A stretch of DNA of 59,899 bases from Victivallales bacterium (GCA_045594005.1 JAZNXT010000115.1:1-59899), one strand, 5' to 3'; positions 46,397 through 56,282 are shown, counted from the first letter of the stretch. Numbers and translations: made by a program. The notes: a model not told the origin generated them from the letters alone.

Positions 46397-46942
46397 ATGA
46401 CCATGAAAAAATTTCACTTGCTTACTGCTGTTTGCGCTGTTGCCGGTGCAATGTTTGTAACTGCCTGTGCTTCTGCTGTCCCTGAAGGCGAAGCTCCGGA
46501 AGCCATGTTTGCTCCCATTGCAGATGATGCCGCCGCTGCAGTCATGGAAGCAAAAGAAGCGCAGGATATCACGCCCGGCGTTTATGTTGCAGACAAACTG
46601 AAAGACATTCTTACCGTGAAGCAGCAGCCCGTGATGAGCAGCGATGAAGATGGTATGCTCCGGATCCGCGTGACTGCAGAAACCAGTGAACTGCCCTTTT
46701 TCACCTGGCTGGTGTTTCCGAACCGCACCTATAAGATCACCTACCGTTTTATCTGGTTCGATGAAAATGGAAAGGTTCAGAAAGCGATGACTCCGGTGGA
46801 CTGCCGCGAAGTGATGCCGGGCAATCCGGTGCGTTTCAGTGCGAAAGCAAAGGAACTGCGCAGCAAGAAATTTGCGCTGGTGCTGACAGCCGGCTGCAGC
46901 GGCAAGTGTGAAAAAGCGGAAGCTCCTGCTGAAAAGAAATAA
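46397..46942 (+). CDS. lipoprotein, YcfL/DUF1425-like
   Basis: Lipobox FVTAC; [10 protein letters not shown] motif. Confidence 0.65.
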   Translation: MTMKKFHLLTAVCAVAGAMFVTACASAVPEGEAPEAMFAPIADDAAAAVMEAKEAQDITPGVYVADKLKDILTVKQQPVMSSDEDGMLRIRVTAETSELPFFTWLVFPNRTYKITYRFIWFDENGKVQKAMTPVDCREVMPGNPVRFSAKAKELRSKKFALVLTAGCSGKCEKAEAPAEKK

Positions 46943-46983
46943 ATGATTTCATAATAACCTTTGACGAAAAGAAAGAAACGAAC

Positions 46984-47364
46984 ATGATCGAACTCGATTT
47001 TGAAAAATCCGGTGGTCTGATCCCCGCGATCGCGCAGGATTATCAGACCGGCGATGTGCTGATGCTTGCTTACATCAACAAGGAATCCTGGGAAGAAACG
47101 CTGAAATCCGGTTTTGCCACCTACTGGTCCCGCAGCCGCAGCAAGTTGTGGAAGAAGGGTGAAGAATCCGGCAACCGTCAGGTTGTGAAAGAAATTCTGA
47201 TCGACTGCGATGAAGATACAGTTGTCTTCAAAGTGGATCAGATCGGCGGTGCGGCATGTCATGAAGGATATCGTTCCTGTTTCTTCCGCAGACTGCTGGA
47301 AAATGGCGAAGTGGAAATTGTAGGAGAACGGGTCTTTGATCCTGCTCAAGTTTATAAGAAATAA
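46984..47364 (+). CDS. hisI: phosphoribosyl-AMP cyclohydrolase
   Basis: [31 protein letters not shown]. Confidence 0.97.
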   Translation: MIELDFEKSGGLIPAIAQDYQTGDVLMLAYINKESWEETLKSGFATYWSRSRSKLWKKGEESGNRQVVKEILIDCDEDTVVFKVDQIGGAACHEGYRSCFFRRLLENGEVEIVGERVFDPAQVYKK

Positions 47365-47383
47365 GTTTTTCCGCAAAGTTGCC

Positions 47384-49255
47384 GTGGAGGAGATCCTTCA
47401 GGGATTTCCGTCGTTGAAATACAATCCGCGGGCGAAGTGGAGCGATTACACTACACTGGGCGCAGGGCTTGGTACATTTCCCCTGATCAAGGTAAACAGT
47501 ATTGCCAATGCGTCCGGAGTGGTGGCGGCTCTCTGTAAAAAACGCAGTGAGCTGACATTGCGCAGTCTGGGAGGCGGCACCAATCTTGTGGGAGCGGACC
47601 GCATCCTGCCGGACACGATTTTTATCAAGTTGGATCCGGGGGAAGATTTCGGGAAGATCGAGCTTTACAAAGACGGATCTTTTCTTGCCGGTGCAGCCAA
47701 TTCTCTGAAAAATGTATTGGATCATGCCTGTGCCTGCGGGTATGGCGGTGCGGCGGGTCTTTACGGGATCCCCGGGACCATTGGCGGTGCTGCCATGATG
47801 AACGCGGGAGCCAACGGGCAAAGTATCAGCGATTTTATTGGCTGGGTGGAATATCTTGATCTCAAATCCGGTCGTGTGCAGCGGCTCCGCCGGGAGGATC
47901 TGGAATTCAGCTACCGGAAATCGCCTTTTACGGAAGATCAGATGATCTTACGGGTGTCGTTCCGCTTCGTGAAAGTGGATCCGGCAGAAGAAAAACTGCT
48001 GCACAAACGGGAAATGATGCGCCGCATGAAATCACCGCCGGGACGCAGTGCGGGGAGTATTTTCAAGAATCCGGCACCATCTCTGCCGGCGGGAAAAATT
48101 CTGGAATTATGCGGAGCAAAAGAAGTGGATCACGGCAGGTTTCAGGTATCACGGGATCATGCCAACTGGGTGATCAACCGTACAGACCGTCTGGAAGAAA
48201 AAGCCGCGGAAAAAGATTTTATTGCCGCTACGGAAGAAATGGCGCAGCGGGTTTACGATTCCACAGGGATCATGTTGAAGCCGGAGGTGCGTTTTGTGGA
48301 TATGGAAAGTGCAGAAAGATGGGGAAAGAGCCGTTCCGCAGTGAAAGTGCTGGTGTTGAAGGGCGGAGTCAGCAGCGAACGGGAGGTGTCTCTCCTTTCC
48401 GCAGCCAATGTGGCGCAGACTCTCCGTGAAGCCGGATTCGCTGTGACGGAATACGATATTCAGAAATTGGAGATCACCGACGCCATGCGGGAAGCGGATG
48501 TGGTTTATCCCGTTCTGCATGGCGGTTACGGTGAAGACGGAACCCTTCAGCGGATGCTGGAGGAAGCGGGGATCCCCACAGTGGGGTCATCTTCCCGGTC
48601 TATGGAGATCGTGATGGACAAAGCCGCCTCCAAGAAGGTGATGGATGAACACGGTGTGAACAATGCAAAATACGCTGTGATCACCGATCCAGCCGCACCG
48701 GTACCGGAAGGGATGGAATTCCCGTTGATCGTGAAGCCGAATTCGGAAGGATCCACATTCGGTTTGACATTGGTGGAAGATGCGGCGCAGTGGCGTGAGG
48801 CATTGGAAACGGCGTTGAAATATGATAAAAAGGCTTTGATCGAGGAATATATCGACGGCGTGGAAGCCACGGTTGGGATCCTGTTGGGGAAAGCCCTGCC
48901 GCTGGTGGAGATCCGGTACCCCGGCAAACTTTACGATTACGATGCAAAATATACCCATGCTCAAGGGGAAACGCTGTATCTGTGTCCGCCGGAAGGAATT
49001 TCGCCGGAAGCGCAGAAAGCCTCAAGAGAAATGGCTCTGACTTTTGCAAAAGCGGTGGGTGCGGAAACACTTGTCCGCGTGGATGTGATGATCCGGAAGA
49101 AAGATGATAAGGTTTTTGTATTGGAAGGGAACAGTATGCCCGGGTGTACCGCGAGCAGTCTTTTGCCGAAAGCTGCGATGGCATCCGGGATCACTTTGAT
49201 GGAACTTTATTCCGGTCTGGTGATGGATGCGTTGAAAAAATCCCGGAAAAATTGA
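47384..49255 (+). CDS. murB-ddl: MurB-Ddl fusion (UDP-GlcNAc-enolpyruvate reductase plus D-Ala-D-Ala ligase)
   Basis: LGGGTNL, GIPGTIGGA..MNAG, SAGSIFKNP, HANW, PEV; then GGVSSEREVS, LHGGYGEDG, MDK, YDYDAKY, LEGNSMPG; one open frame; GTG start inferred. Confidence 0.92.
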   Translation: MEEILQGFPSLKYNPRAKWSDYTTLGAGLGTFPLIKVNSIANASGVVAALCKKRSELTLRSLGGGTNLVGADRILPDTIFIKLDPGEDFGKIELYKDGSFLAGAANSLKNVLDHACACGYGGAAGLYGIPGTIGGAAMMNAGANGQSISDFIGWVEYLDLKSGRVQRLRREDLEFSYRKSPFTEDQMILRVSFRFVKVDPAEEKLLHKREMMRRMKSPPGRSAGSIFKNPAPSLPAGKILELCGAKEVDHGRFQVSRDHANWVINRTDRLEEKAAEKDFIAATEEMAQRVYDSTGIMLKPEVRFVDMESAERWGKSRSAVKVLVLKGGVSSEREVSLLSAANVAQTLREAGFAVTEYDIQKLEITDAMREADVVYPVLHGGYGEDGTLQRMLEEAGIPTVGSSSRSMEIVMDKAASKKVMDEHGVNNAKYAVITDPAAPVPEGMEFPLIVKPNSEGSTFGLTLVEDAAQWREALETALKYDKKALIEEYIDGVEATVGILLGKALPLVEIRYPGKLYDYDAKYTHAQGETLYLCPPEGISPEAQKASREMALTFAKAVGAETLVRVDVMIRKKDDKVFVLEGNSMPGCTASSLLPKAAMASGITLMELYSGLVMDALKKSRKN

Positions 49256-49275
49256 GTTTTTTCTGAAGATTTGAT

Positions 49276-49303
49276 TTGACTTTTTCCATTTGGTATGTAT
49301 AGT
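49276..49303 (+). promoter_or_regulatory. candidate promoter
   Basis: TTGACT-16nt-TATAGT. Confidence 0.6.
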
Positions 49304-49353
49304 CCGTTTTGGACCGAAAAAGAAAATTACCTGTTAAGCGAGGAGATAAGATT

Positions 49354-49632
49354 ATGGTAATGATTTGCCCCTATTGTGACATGGAGATCAACGAAAAACA
49401 GATGGAAGCCGAAGACGGGTGCTGTCCGGAATGCGGCGCGCTCATCACTGCGGGTAATGTACTCAGCGATGATGAAGATGAATACGATGAATACGAAGAT
49501 GAATACGGGGAAGATGAAGACTTTGATTTCGACGACGATTTCGGCGATTTTGATGATCTGGATCCCTATGAAGATGAATTCGGTGCCGATGAAGACTTTG
49601 AGCCGGATATCAAACCGAAAAAACGTCGCTGA
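49354..49632 (+). CDS. small zinc-ribbon protein with hyper-acidic tail
   Basis: CPYC..CPECG; D/E/F/Y-rich tract; C-terminal KPKKRR; AGGAG RBS, own promoter and terminator. Confidence 0.8.
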   Translation: MVMICPYCDMEINEKQMEAEDGCCPECGALITAGNVLSDDEDEYDEYEDEYGEDEDFDFDDDFGDFDDLDPYEDEFGADEDFEPDIKPKKRR

Positions 49633-49663
49633 CGGTGTGTTTTGCTGAAAATCATAAATCCTG

Positions 49664-49700
49664 AAACAGGGCTGTTGCCGCGCAATGGCTCTGTTTTTTT
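49664..49700 (+). terminator. intrinsic terminator
   Basis: AAACAGGGCTGTTGC/GCAATGGCTCTGTTT plus T run. Confidence 0.8.
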
Positions 49701-49734
49701 GTCGGATGGAACAGATAACTTTGGAGAATAGGAT

Positions 49735-51744
49735 ATGATCCCGGATTATGAAGAAAAAGTTTATACCGCAGTCCTCGGAAAGATCGTGGGTGTGTATGCC
49801 GGAAGACCCATCGAAGGATGGTCGAAAAATGCCATTATGGATCGCTTCGGAATGATCGACCGCTATGTGGCGGACGAAGCCGGAGTGCCGTTGATCGTGA
49901 CGGATGATGATATTTCCGGGACATTCACCTTTGTCCGCGTGTTGGCGGATTCCGGGCTTTATGCGGAAACACCGTATAAAACATTCGGCGACAACTGGCT
50001 GAACTATCTGATCGAAAACAAAACTGTCCTCTGGTGGGGCGGGATGTGTTTTTCCACGGAGCATACCGCCTATCTGCGTTTGAAACACGGGATCCACGCT
50101 CCGGAATCCGGCTCCATCGCCCGCAATGGCAGAACAGTTGCCGAACAGATCGGCGCACAGATTTTTATTGATGCTTTCGGGATGGTCGCGCCGGGTGATC
50201 CGGCACTTGCCGTGCAGCTGGCGGAAAAGGCGGCAAAAGTTTCCCACGACGGCGAAGCTGTATATGCAGCACAGGTGGTCGCGGCAATGGTATCGGAAGC
50301 CTTTGTTTCCAATGATATGGAACATCTGCTGGATACGGCTCTCTCTTTCATCCCTGCCGGTTCATTGATCGCACAGATCCACCGGGATGTACGCGCGTGG
50401 GTGAAAGAAGATGGCGATTGGGAGAAAACATTTGACCGGATCCGGGAGAAATACGGATATCAAAAATACAGCGGCGGCTGCCATGTTGTCCCGAACCATG
50501 CAGTGATGGTGATGGCATGGAGTTATGCTCCTGCCGATTTCCATAAGGCAATGACCATTGTCAATACCGCAGGCTGGGATACCGATTGCAATGCGGCAAA
50601 TGTGGGAACCGTTTCCGCGCTCGTGTGCGGATTGGATGCCATGCGGAAACCGTATGATTATCTGACGCCCTTTGCCGATACGGTTTATCTGCCTACTGCC
50701 GAAGGAACTTTTGCGGTGATGGATGCCGCCAATCAGGCGTATGCCATTGCGGAGGTCGGACGGAAGATCATGGGGTGGGAAGAGGCGGAAAAACGCCGTG
50801 CGTTCTGCGATTTCCGTCTGCGGGGAGCCTGTCATGGCTTCAAGCCTGGTGCGGTGAACGATCACGGCTCCCTGCTGATCCGCGGTGAAGCAGGACAGCG
50901 TGTGATGCGCGAACTGCTGATCCCCCGCAGTGAAAAAGCGGATATCAATTATAAGATCTGCTCCACTTCTCTGTTTTATCCCGGAATGAGCGTGAAACTG
51001 AAAGGATCGGCAGACGCGGCATTTGATCTGGTCTTCGATGTGATCCATGAAGACGGGACGGCGGACTCCATTGTTCTGCCGGTGACGGCGGAAGGTGATT
51101 TTGATCTTCTCATTACGCCGCCGTTTTCTGCGGGGGATACCGTCACAGCGTTCGGTTTTTCGTTTCAGAAAACGGTCACACTCCGGATCCGGGAAGTCGA
51201 TTTTTGCGGAAACGCTGATTTGTATTACGACAATTGGATCTCTTCTTATGCCTGGATCTCCAGCTGCGACGGCATGATGAATGCGTTTAACGGAGAAACG
51301 CGTTATCTTCATCAGATCCGGAAAAATGAAGGGCGCGGCGTGTATGTGACCGGCAACCGGTTCTGGCTGGATTGTGCCGTGAGTTGTATGTTCCGCATCC
51401 ATGGCGGGGAACGCGGCGGGCTGCTCCTCCGTTATCAGGGGTTGGAACGGTATGTGGCTCTGGTGTTCGGCAGAGAAAAAACACAGATCGTGAAACGCTG
51501 TTACGGAGAGGAAACGATCCTTGCAGAAACAGATTTTGCATTGGAACGGGATGTTTATATCCCGGTAAAATTCCGTGTGGAGGGACAAAAATTCACCGCA
51601 GTCATCGGAGAAGATCTCATTCTGACTGCGGTGGACGGGTCTTTCACTTCCGGCGGGTGCGGCTGTTTTGTGGAAAGCGGCGTTGCCGGAGTGCGCGAAA
51701 CTGCGATTTCTGCAACGGTCAGCGGCTGTACTCCACACCATTGA
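49735..51744 (+). CDS. ADP-ribosylglycohydrolase family protein with C-terminal beta-sandwich domains
   Basis: TDDDIS, STEHTAY, IGAQIFID, SHDGE, GWDTDCN. Confidence 0.85.
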   Translation: MIPDYEEKVYTAVLGKIVGVYAGRPIEGWSKNAIMDRFGMIDRYVADEAGVPLIVTDDDISGTFTFVRVLADSGLYAETPYKTFGDNWLNYLIENKTVLWWGGMCFSTEHTAYLRLKHGIHAPESGSIARNGRTVAEQIGAQIFIDAFGMVAPGDPALAVQLAEKAAKVSHDGEAVYAAQVVAAMVSEAFVSNDMEHLLDTALSFIPAGSLIAQIHRDVRAWVKEDGDWEKTFDRIREKYGYQKYSGGCHVVPNHAVMVMAWSYAPADFHKAMTIVNTAGWDTDCNAANVGTVSALVCGLDAMRKPYDYLTPFADTVYLPTAEGTFAVMDAANQAYAIAEVGRKIMGWEEAEKRRAFCDFRLRGACHGFKPGAVNDHGSLLIRGEAGQRVMRELLIPRSEKADINYKICSTSLFYPGMSVKLKGSADAAFDLVFDVIHEDGTADSIVLPVTAEGDFDLLITPPFSAGDTVTAFGFSFQKTVTLRIREVDFCGNADLYYDNWISSYAWISSCDGMMNAFNGETRYLHQIRKNEGRGVYVTGNRFWLDCAVSCMFRIHGGERGGLLLRYQGLERYVALVFGREKTQIVKRCYGEETILAETDFALERDVYIPVKFRVEGQKFTAVIGEDLILTAVDGSFTSGGCGCFVESGVAGVRETAISATVSGCTPHH

Positions 51745-52879
51745 TGAAGACGCGTTCGATCACATCCCGTGCAAAGTCCCCGATGGGATCGCCGGATGTG
51801 ATCAGGAAGTCGGCATCTTTTCCTTCTTCCACACTGCCGATACGGTCTTCCAATCCCAGCATTTTTGCCGGATTGATGGTAACGGCTTTGAAGGCATCCA
51901 GCGGATCCATACCCGCATTGATCGCCTGTGCCGCCATCAGCGGCAGATAACTCTGTTCCATCACATCCGCATCGGTGATGATGGAAACCAGACAGCCCGC
52001 TTTTGCCAGAATACCCGGCGTGACAAAACTTTTTTCCCGCAATTCGATCTTGTGGGGGAAACCCATGGTGGGACCGATGGCGACCGGATAGCCGAGTTCC
52101 GCCAGTTCATCGGCGATGAGATGCCCTTCCGTACAGTGGTCAAGGGTCATTTTCAGATTGAATTCTTTGGCGATACGGACCGCAGTCAGAATGTCATTCG
52201 CCTGGTGTGCATGAATTTTCAGCGTCATTTCCCCGCGGATCACCGGGAGCAGGGCGTTCAGTTTCATATCAAAGCCGGGTGCATCCTTCTTTTCTTTTTT
52301 GGCTTTGTCGATCTTGTTGGCATATTCTTTTGCCTTGAAAAGCATTTCACGGAGCATGGATGCCGTGGTCATACGGGAACTGATCCCTTTGCCCGCATAA
52401 CAGCGGCGGGGATTTTCCCCGAATGCCGCTTTCATGGCAACGGCAGGATCGATCACCATTTTGTCCACGACTTTACCGCCGGGCAGCGGCTTGATCACCA
52501 TAAAGGTGCCGCCGAGGACATTGGAACTGCCGGGACCGGTGGCAAAGGTGGTGACACCCCCCAATGCGGTGCGTTTGATGGATTCATCCAGCGGATTGAA
52601 GGCGTCGATCGCCCGGAGCTGCGGCGTCAGCGGATCGCAATATTCGTTGTAGTCGTGGTAATTGATGGCAAAATCGGAAAGTCCGGTGTGGCAATGGGCA
52701 TCCACCATGCCCGGATAGATGTATTTGCCTTTTGCATCGATCACAGTCATGCCTTTTTTGACGGGGATGGATTTTGCGATCTTCGCAAATTTTCCGTTTT
52801 TGATGAGGATGTCGGTCACTGCCGGTTTTGTTTTCGCGGGATTGCAGAGGATCCCGTTTTTGATCAGAAGATCTGCCAT
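51719..52879 (-). CDS. amidohydrolase (HutI-like fold)
   Basis: PGMVDAHCH, MKAAFGENP, IHAH, DHCTEG, TINPA..LG, GKDAD. Confidence 0.9.
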   Translation of the reverse strand: MADLLIKNGILCNPAKTKPAVTDILIKNGKFAKIAKSIPVKKGMTVIDAKGKYIYPGMVDAHCHTGLSDFAINYHDYNEYCDPLTPQLRAIDAFNPLDESIKRTALGGVTTFATGPGSSNVLGGTFMVIKPLPGGKVVDKMVIDPAVAMKAAFGENPRRCYAGKGISSRMTTASMLREMLFKAKEYANKIDKAKKEKKDAPGFDMKLNALLPVIRGEMTLKIHAHQANDILTAVRIAKEFNLKMTLDHCTEGHLIADELAELGYPVAIGPTMGFPHKIELREKSFVTPGILAKAGCLVSIITDADVMEQSYLPLMAAQAINAGMDPLDAFKAVTINPAKMLGLEDRIGSVEEGKDADFLITSGDPIGDFARDVIERVFINGVEYSR

Positions 52880-52926
52880 GATTTTTTCCTTTCTGTTGAG
52901 CTGATTCAAATTATGACGCCGCAGGG

Positions 52927-52955
52927 AAAATACACGCGTCGGGGACGATTGTCAA
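52927..52955 (-). promoter_or_regulatory. candidate promoter
   Basis: cTTGACA-17nt-TATTTT. Confidence 0.45.
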
Positions 52956-52986
52956 GCGAAAAATCAAAAAACAAGTAAAAAGATCA

Positions 52987-53015
52987 TTGAAGTTGCAGTA
53001 AAATGCGGGTATATT
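52987..53015 (+). promoter_or_regulatory. candidate promoter
   Basis: TTGAAG-17nt-TATATT. Confidence 0.45.
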
Positions 53016-53046
53016 ACAGTAATGTGAATATCAGGAGAAATATGCT

Positions 53047-53895
53047 ATGATCTACATCGTTTTCGCTCTCTGCGCTCTTGTCTGCGCTGCTGTCAATGAC
53101 TTTATCTTCAAATTGTTTGCCCTGAAAGAACGCTCCCGGGGGATCTTTTTTTCCCTGATCGGGATCGTCTGGCTCGGATTTTCTTTTTTCATCCCTTACG
53201 ATTTTTCCAACTGGAAAACATTTCTGCTGTGGGGCGTTTTAAGCGGATTCTTTTCCATTACCGCAAATATCCTGCTGATAGAGTCCATGGCTTTGCAGTC
53301 GGCAGGAGTCTGCTCCACGATCTACCGTTTGAACCTCGTGCCGGTGGCTTTGATCGCTACTTTCGCGTTCCATGAATCCCTTTCCATGATCAACTGGTTC
53401 GGGATCGCCGCCGCTGCCGGAGCCGTGATCTGCTTCATGCCGAAAAATGAAGAAAATGCCAGGTCGGCAAAATTGGGGATCCTGCTGGTGGTGATCGGCT
53501 CTCTCCTGCGGGCAGGGCAGGGATTGACCGCAAAACAGGCAATGCTTTGCGACAGCGGCGCAGGAAATGCCGTTTCCATGATCACAGCAGTCTGGTGGAT
53601 CATCGGCGGCGTGTGCTACGCATTCTGGCGGGAACGCAGCAAAATCAGAATGGATGGCGGGATGTACGGATTCGGTGTCGCATCCGGAGCCGCTGTCCTC
53701 GGGATCATGTTCTTTATGCTCAAATCACTGGAAGGCGGAGATGCCGCCATCGTCCTGCCCATTCAGCAGATCAGTTTCCCCATGACGCTGATTTTCAGTG
53801 CGGTGTTCCTGAAAGAAAAAATTACTCTCCGGAAAATCGGCGGAGTCCTCCTCGCGATCGCCGCCGTGCTGCTGCTGTGTTGCAAAGGGGGATGA
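53047..53895 (+). CDS. EamA/DMT family transporter
   Basis: About 10 TMs in two repeats (FHESLS, LKEKIT). Confidence 0.85.
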   Translation: MIYIVFALCALVCAAVNDFIFKLFALKERSRGIFFSLIGIVWLGFSFFIPYDFSNWKTFLLWGVLSGFFSITANILLIESMALQSAGVCSTIYRLNLVPVALIATFAFHESLSMINWFGIAAAAGAVICFMPKNEENARSAKLGILLVVIGSLLRAGQGLTAKQAMLCDSGAGNAVSMITAVWWIIGGVCYAFWRERSKIRMDGGMYGFGVASGAAVLGIMFFMLKSLEGGDAAIVLPIQQISFPMTLIFSAVFLKEKITLRKIGGVLLAIAAVLLLCCKGG

Positions 53896-53905
53896 ACGCC
53901 GGTCA

Positions 53906-54063
53906 GGCGCGGCAGCGATCCGGCAGCGGGCAAAGCCCGCTCCGCCGGATCAGCCCGCAGGCACAAAAAAACGCGGCTGGTTTTGCCAGCCGCGTTTTTT
54001 TGTGCCTGCGGGTGCCAAACCAGCAGAACGCCGTGCGTTCTGTTGGTTTGGTTCTGCCGCGCC
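53906..54063. other. four-way-junction structured element containing a bidirectional terminator-like arm
   Basis: 10-bp closing stem plus three hairpins (15, 27 and 17 bp); central arm has A7/T7 flanking CGCGGCTGG/CCAGCCGCG. Confidence 0.75.
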
Positions 54064-54070
54064 GCGCTTT

Positions 54071-55390
54071 TTACGGCACCACGATGGAGTGGAGGCGATC
54101 GACCACATCCCGGTTTCCGGCACCGTGACCGGCGAGAGGTGCGATATACATGTGTTTATCTTTTGCCGGGATATTATTGAAGACAGCCATTACGCCGGTG
54201 GGCGGGCAGACGACATCTTTCAAACCGGTGGAGATCCACGCTTCGCATTTGATCCGTTTTGCGAAATTCACATTATCCACATAGGGCAGGATCTTTTCTG
54301 CTTTCTGCACAAAGACGGGATCGGCGACCTGTCCTTCTTTGTTCATTTTGATCGTCTGAGGCCAACCGTTTTTGTATCCGGCTTTATATCCGAAATGATC
54401 GCTCACTGCGGGAACCATTGCCAGACAGAAACTGACCTGCGGATCCAGAGCAGCTCCCACGATCGCCTGGAATCCGCCCTGACTTTCTCCATGAGTCAGC
54501 AGATCTTTCCCGTTCCATTCGGGCAGTGTTTTTGCAAATTCCAGAGAACGCACCACGCGCAGTACCATGCCCTTCATATAATATTGATCGATGCTCACAT
54601 CCGCGTTGCGGTGAGCGTATCCGTTGAGTTCCTGCCGCATGGTTTTGTAATATTCGTTATCTCTGCCACATTCAATGGGATGGGGTGACATCACGATATG
54701 GATGGAATTTTTCGCGTAGTACAATCCCGGTCCGCGGATCTCATAGGTGCTTGCCCCGTGATACTGTATGATACAGGGCAGACTTTTTTCTTTTGCTCCG
54801 ACGGGCATCGCCACATAGCCGTATGCAAAATTTCCGTTCCCGCAATCCAGTTTGATCCGCCATGCGCGGACTTTTCCCTTACAATCTTTGGCGGTCACTT
54901 CCACTTCTTCCCGGTACACCAGCATGGGGACTTTTTTCATTTTTCCGATTTCCGCTTTCCAGAACGCATCGAAATCTGCCGGTTCCGGTGTGCCGGCTTT
55001 GATGAGATCTTTATTTACCAGTGCGCCCGCCATGCCAAGGTTTCTTTTGCGGACTCTTCCTTTGGCATCCACTGTTACTTCCTTGATGTGCAGCAGCATC
55101 CAGCCCTGTTGGGGGGGGACGCTTACTTTCCACTCATCTGTTTTGTTCCAGACTTCGCCGTCAAGTTCCTTGATCGCAGGAGTGATCTTGCCGTTCACAT
55201 CCAGATCGCAAACCAGTTTTGAGCCTTTTGCCCATTCCCGTTTGCTTTTTTTGGTCAGAACAAATACTACTTCTTTGTCTTTTTCTGTTTCGTAAAGACC
55301 GCTTTCCCGTTCTGTTCTGACATTTGCTCCCTGCAATGCCGATGTGAGCATCAACGCTCCGGCAAACACTGCCAACAACAATTTTTTCAT
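54071..55390 (-). CDS. secreted acetyl xylan esterase (CE7-like)
   Basis: Signal peptide, PADFDAFW, GESQGG nucleophile elbow, DVVCPP, AGHG. Confidence 0.85.
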   Translation of the reverse strand: MKKLLLAVFAGALMLTSALQGANVRTERESGLYETEKDKEVVFVLTKKSKREWAKGSKLVCDLDVNGKITPAIKELDGEVWNKTDEWKVSVPPQQGWMLLHIKEVTVDAKGRVRKRNLGMAGALVNKDLIKAGTPEPADFDAFWKAEIGKMKKVPMLVYREEVEVTAKDCKGKVRAWRIKLDCGNGNFAYGYVAMPVGAKEKSLPCIIQYHGASTYEIRGPGLYYAKNSIHIVMSPHPIECGRDNEYYKTMRQELNGYAHRNADVSIDQYYMKGMVLRVVRSLEFAKTLPEWNGKDLLTHGESQGGFQAIVGAALDPQVSFCLAMVPAVSDHFGYKAGYKNGWPQTIKMNKEGQVADPVFVQKAEKILPYVDNVNFAKRIKCEAWISTGLKDVVCPPTGVMAVFNNIPAKDKHMYIAPLAGHGAGNRDVVDRLHSIVVP

Positions 55391-55409
55391 TCCGGATTCC
55401 TTTCTGTTT

Positions 55410-56282
55410 TTATTTTTCTGCACCGAACCGCCGCAACGCAATGGTCCAGCGCAATTCTGTTCTGTTCAAATTTTCCAACAGATCAGTCAAGTCCTGATCT
55501 TTCAGTTTTGCGATCCGGTCGATTTCTCCGGCGGTACTGCGGCACAACAGGGCATCCGGTTTTGGATAGCCTGCCGCTGCAAGATTTTTCCGCGCCCGGA
55601 AATAAGTCCGGCGGGTAAAAATATTCTGAAGAAGCAGACACGCCGGATAGATCAGTGCGATCAGCAGAAAATAGTTCAGATTCAGTTCCGGCATGATCCG
55701 GAACATCACAGCCAGTTCCGCCAGAAAAAGCAATCCCAGCCCCGCCAGAAAAATCATGGAGTCCGTTTTGTTCCGGAAACAGTTTCCCGTGAAACGCCGG
55801 AACGCACTGCTGGAGGTCATATAGGCGAAATGTTCTTCGTATGTTTCTTCTCCATCCAAAGGAGTTCGCATGGCATGGACCTGTTCATGCGCCAGCAGTT
55901 CTGCCCGGTCGTAAATGAACCAGCGGCGGCTTTTTGCAAAACCGTTCCGCAATGCGATCACGCGCAAGCCTGTTTCATCGGAAAAAGAACAACCCGCCCA
56001 AAGCAGACCCATTCCCCGCTTCAGAAAATAACCGGGCACATTGACGGCGGAAAAACCGAAAAGGGCTTCTGTCCGCGCGGCACCTTCCTGCAAAATTTCC
56101 GGCGGGATGGGAAGATCGTTTTTGAATTCCGCTTTTACATCGTCCGGCAGAGGTGCAGAAAATTCCCGTTTCGCCCGTTCAAGAAAAGAGGCTTGATCTT
56201 CCCCGGCACGGGGAATGAATCCCATGGCATCAAGGGCATCACAGGCACGGTCGGGATCTGAAAAATCAATATATTGCTGCAT
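55410..56282 (-). CDS. hypothetical membrane protein with HExxH motif
   Basis: LAHEQVHAMR and downstream EEHFAY; two TM segments. Confidence 0.65.
   Translation of the reverse strand: MQQYIDFSDPDRACDALDAMGFIPRAGEDQASFLERAKREFSAPLPDDVKAEFKNDLPIPPEILQEGAARTEALFGFSAVNVPGYFLKRGMGLLWAGCSFSDETGLRVIALRNGFAKSRRWFIYDRAELLAHEQVHAMRTPLDGEETYEEHFAYMTSSSAFRRFTGNCFRNKTDSMIFLAGLGLLFLAELAVMFRIMPELNLNYFLLIALIYPACLLLQNIFTRRTYFRARKNLAAAGYPKPDALLCRSTAGEIDRIAKLKDQDLTDLLENLNRTELRWTIALRRFGAEK

Noticed and set aside
49354-49632. LysW-type amino-group carrier protein
   Set aside because: Zinc ribbon and acidity fit, but the C-terminal EDWGE motif is absent (ends KPKKRR) and no lysX/argX genes are adjacent
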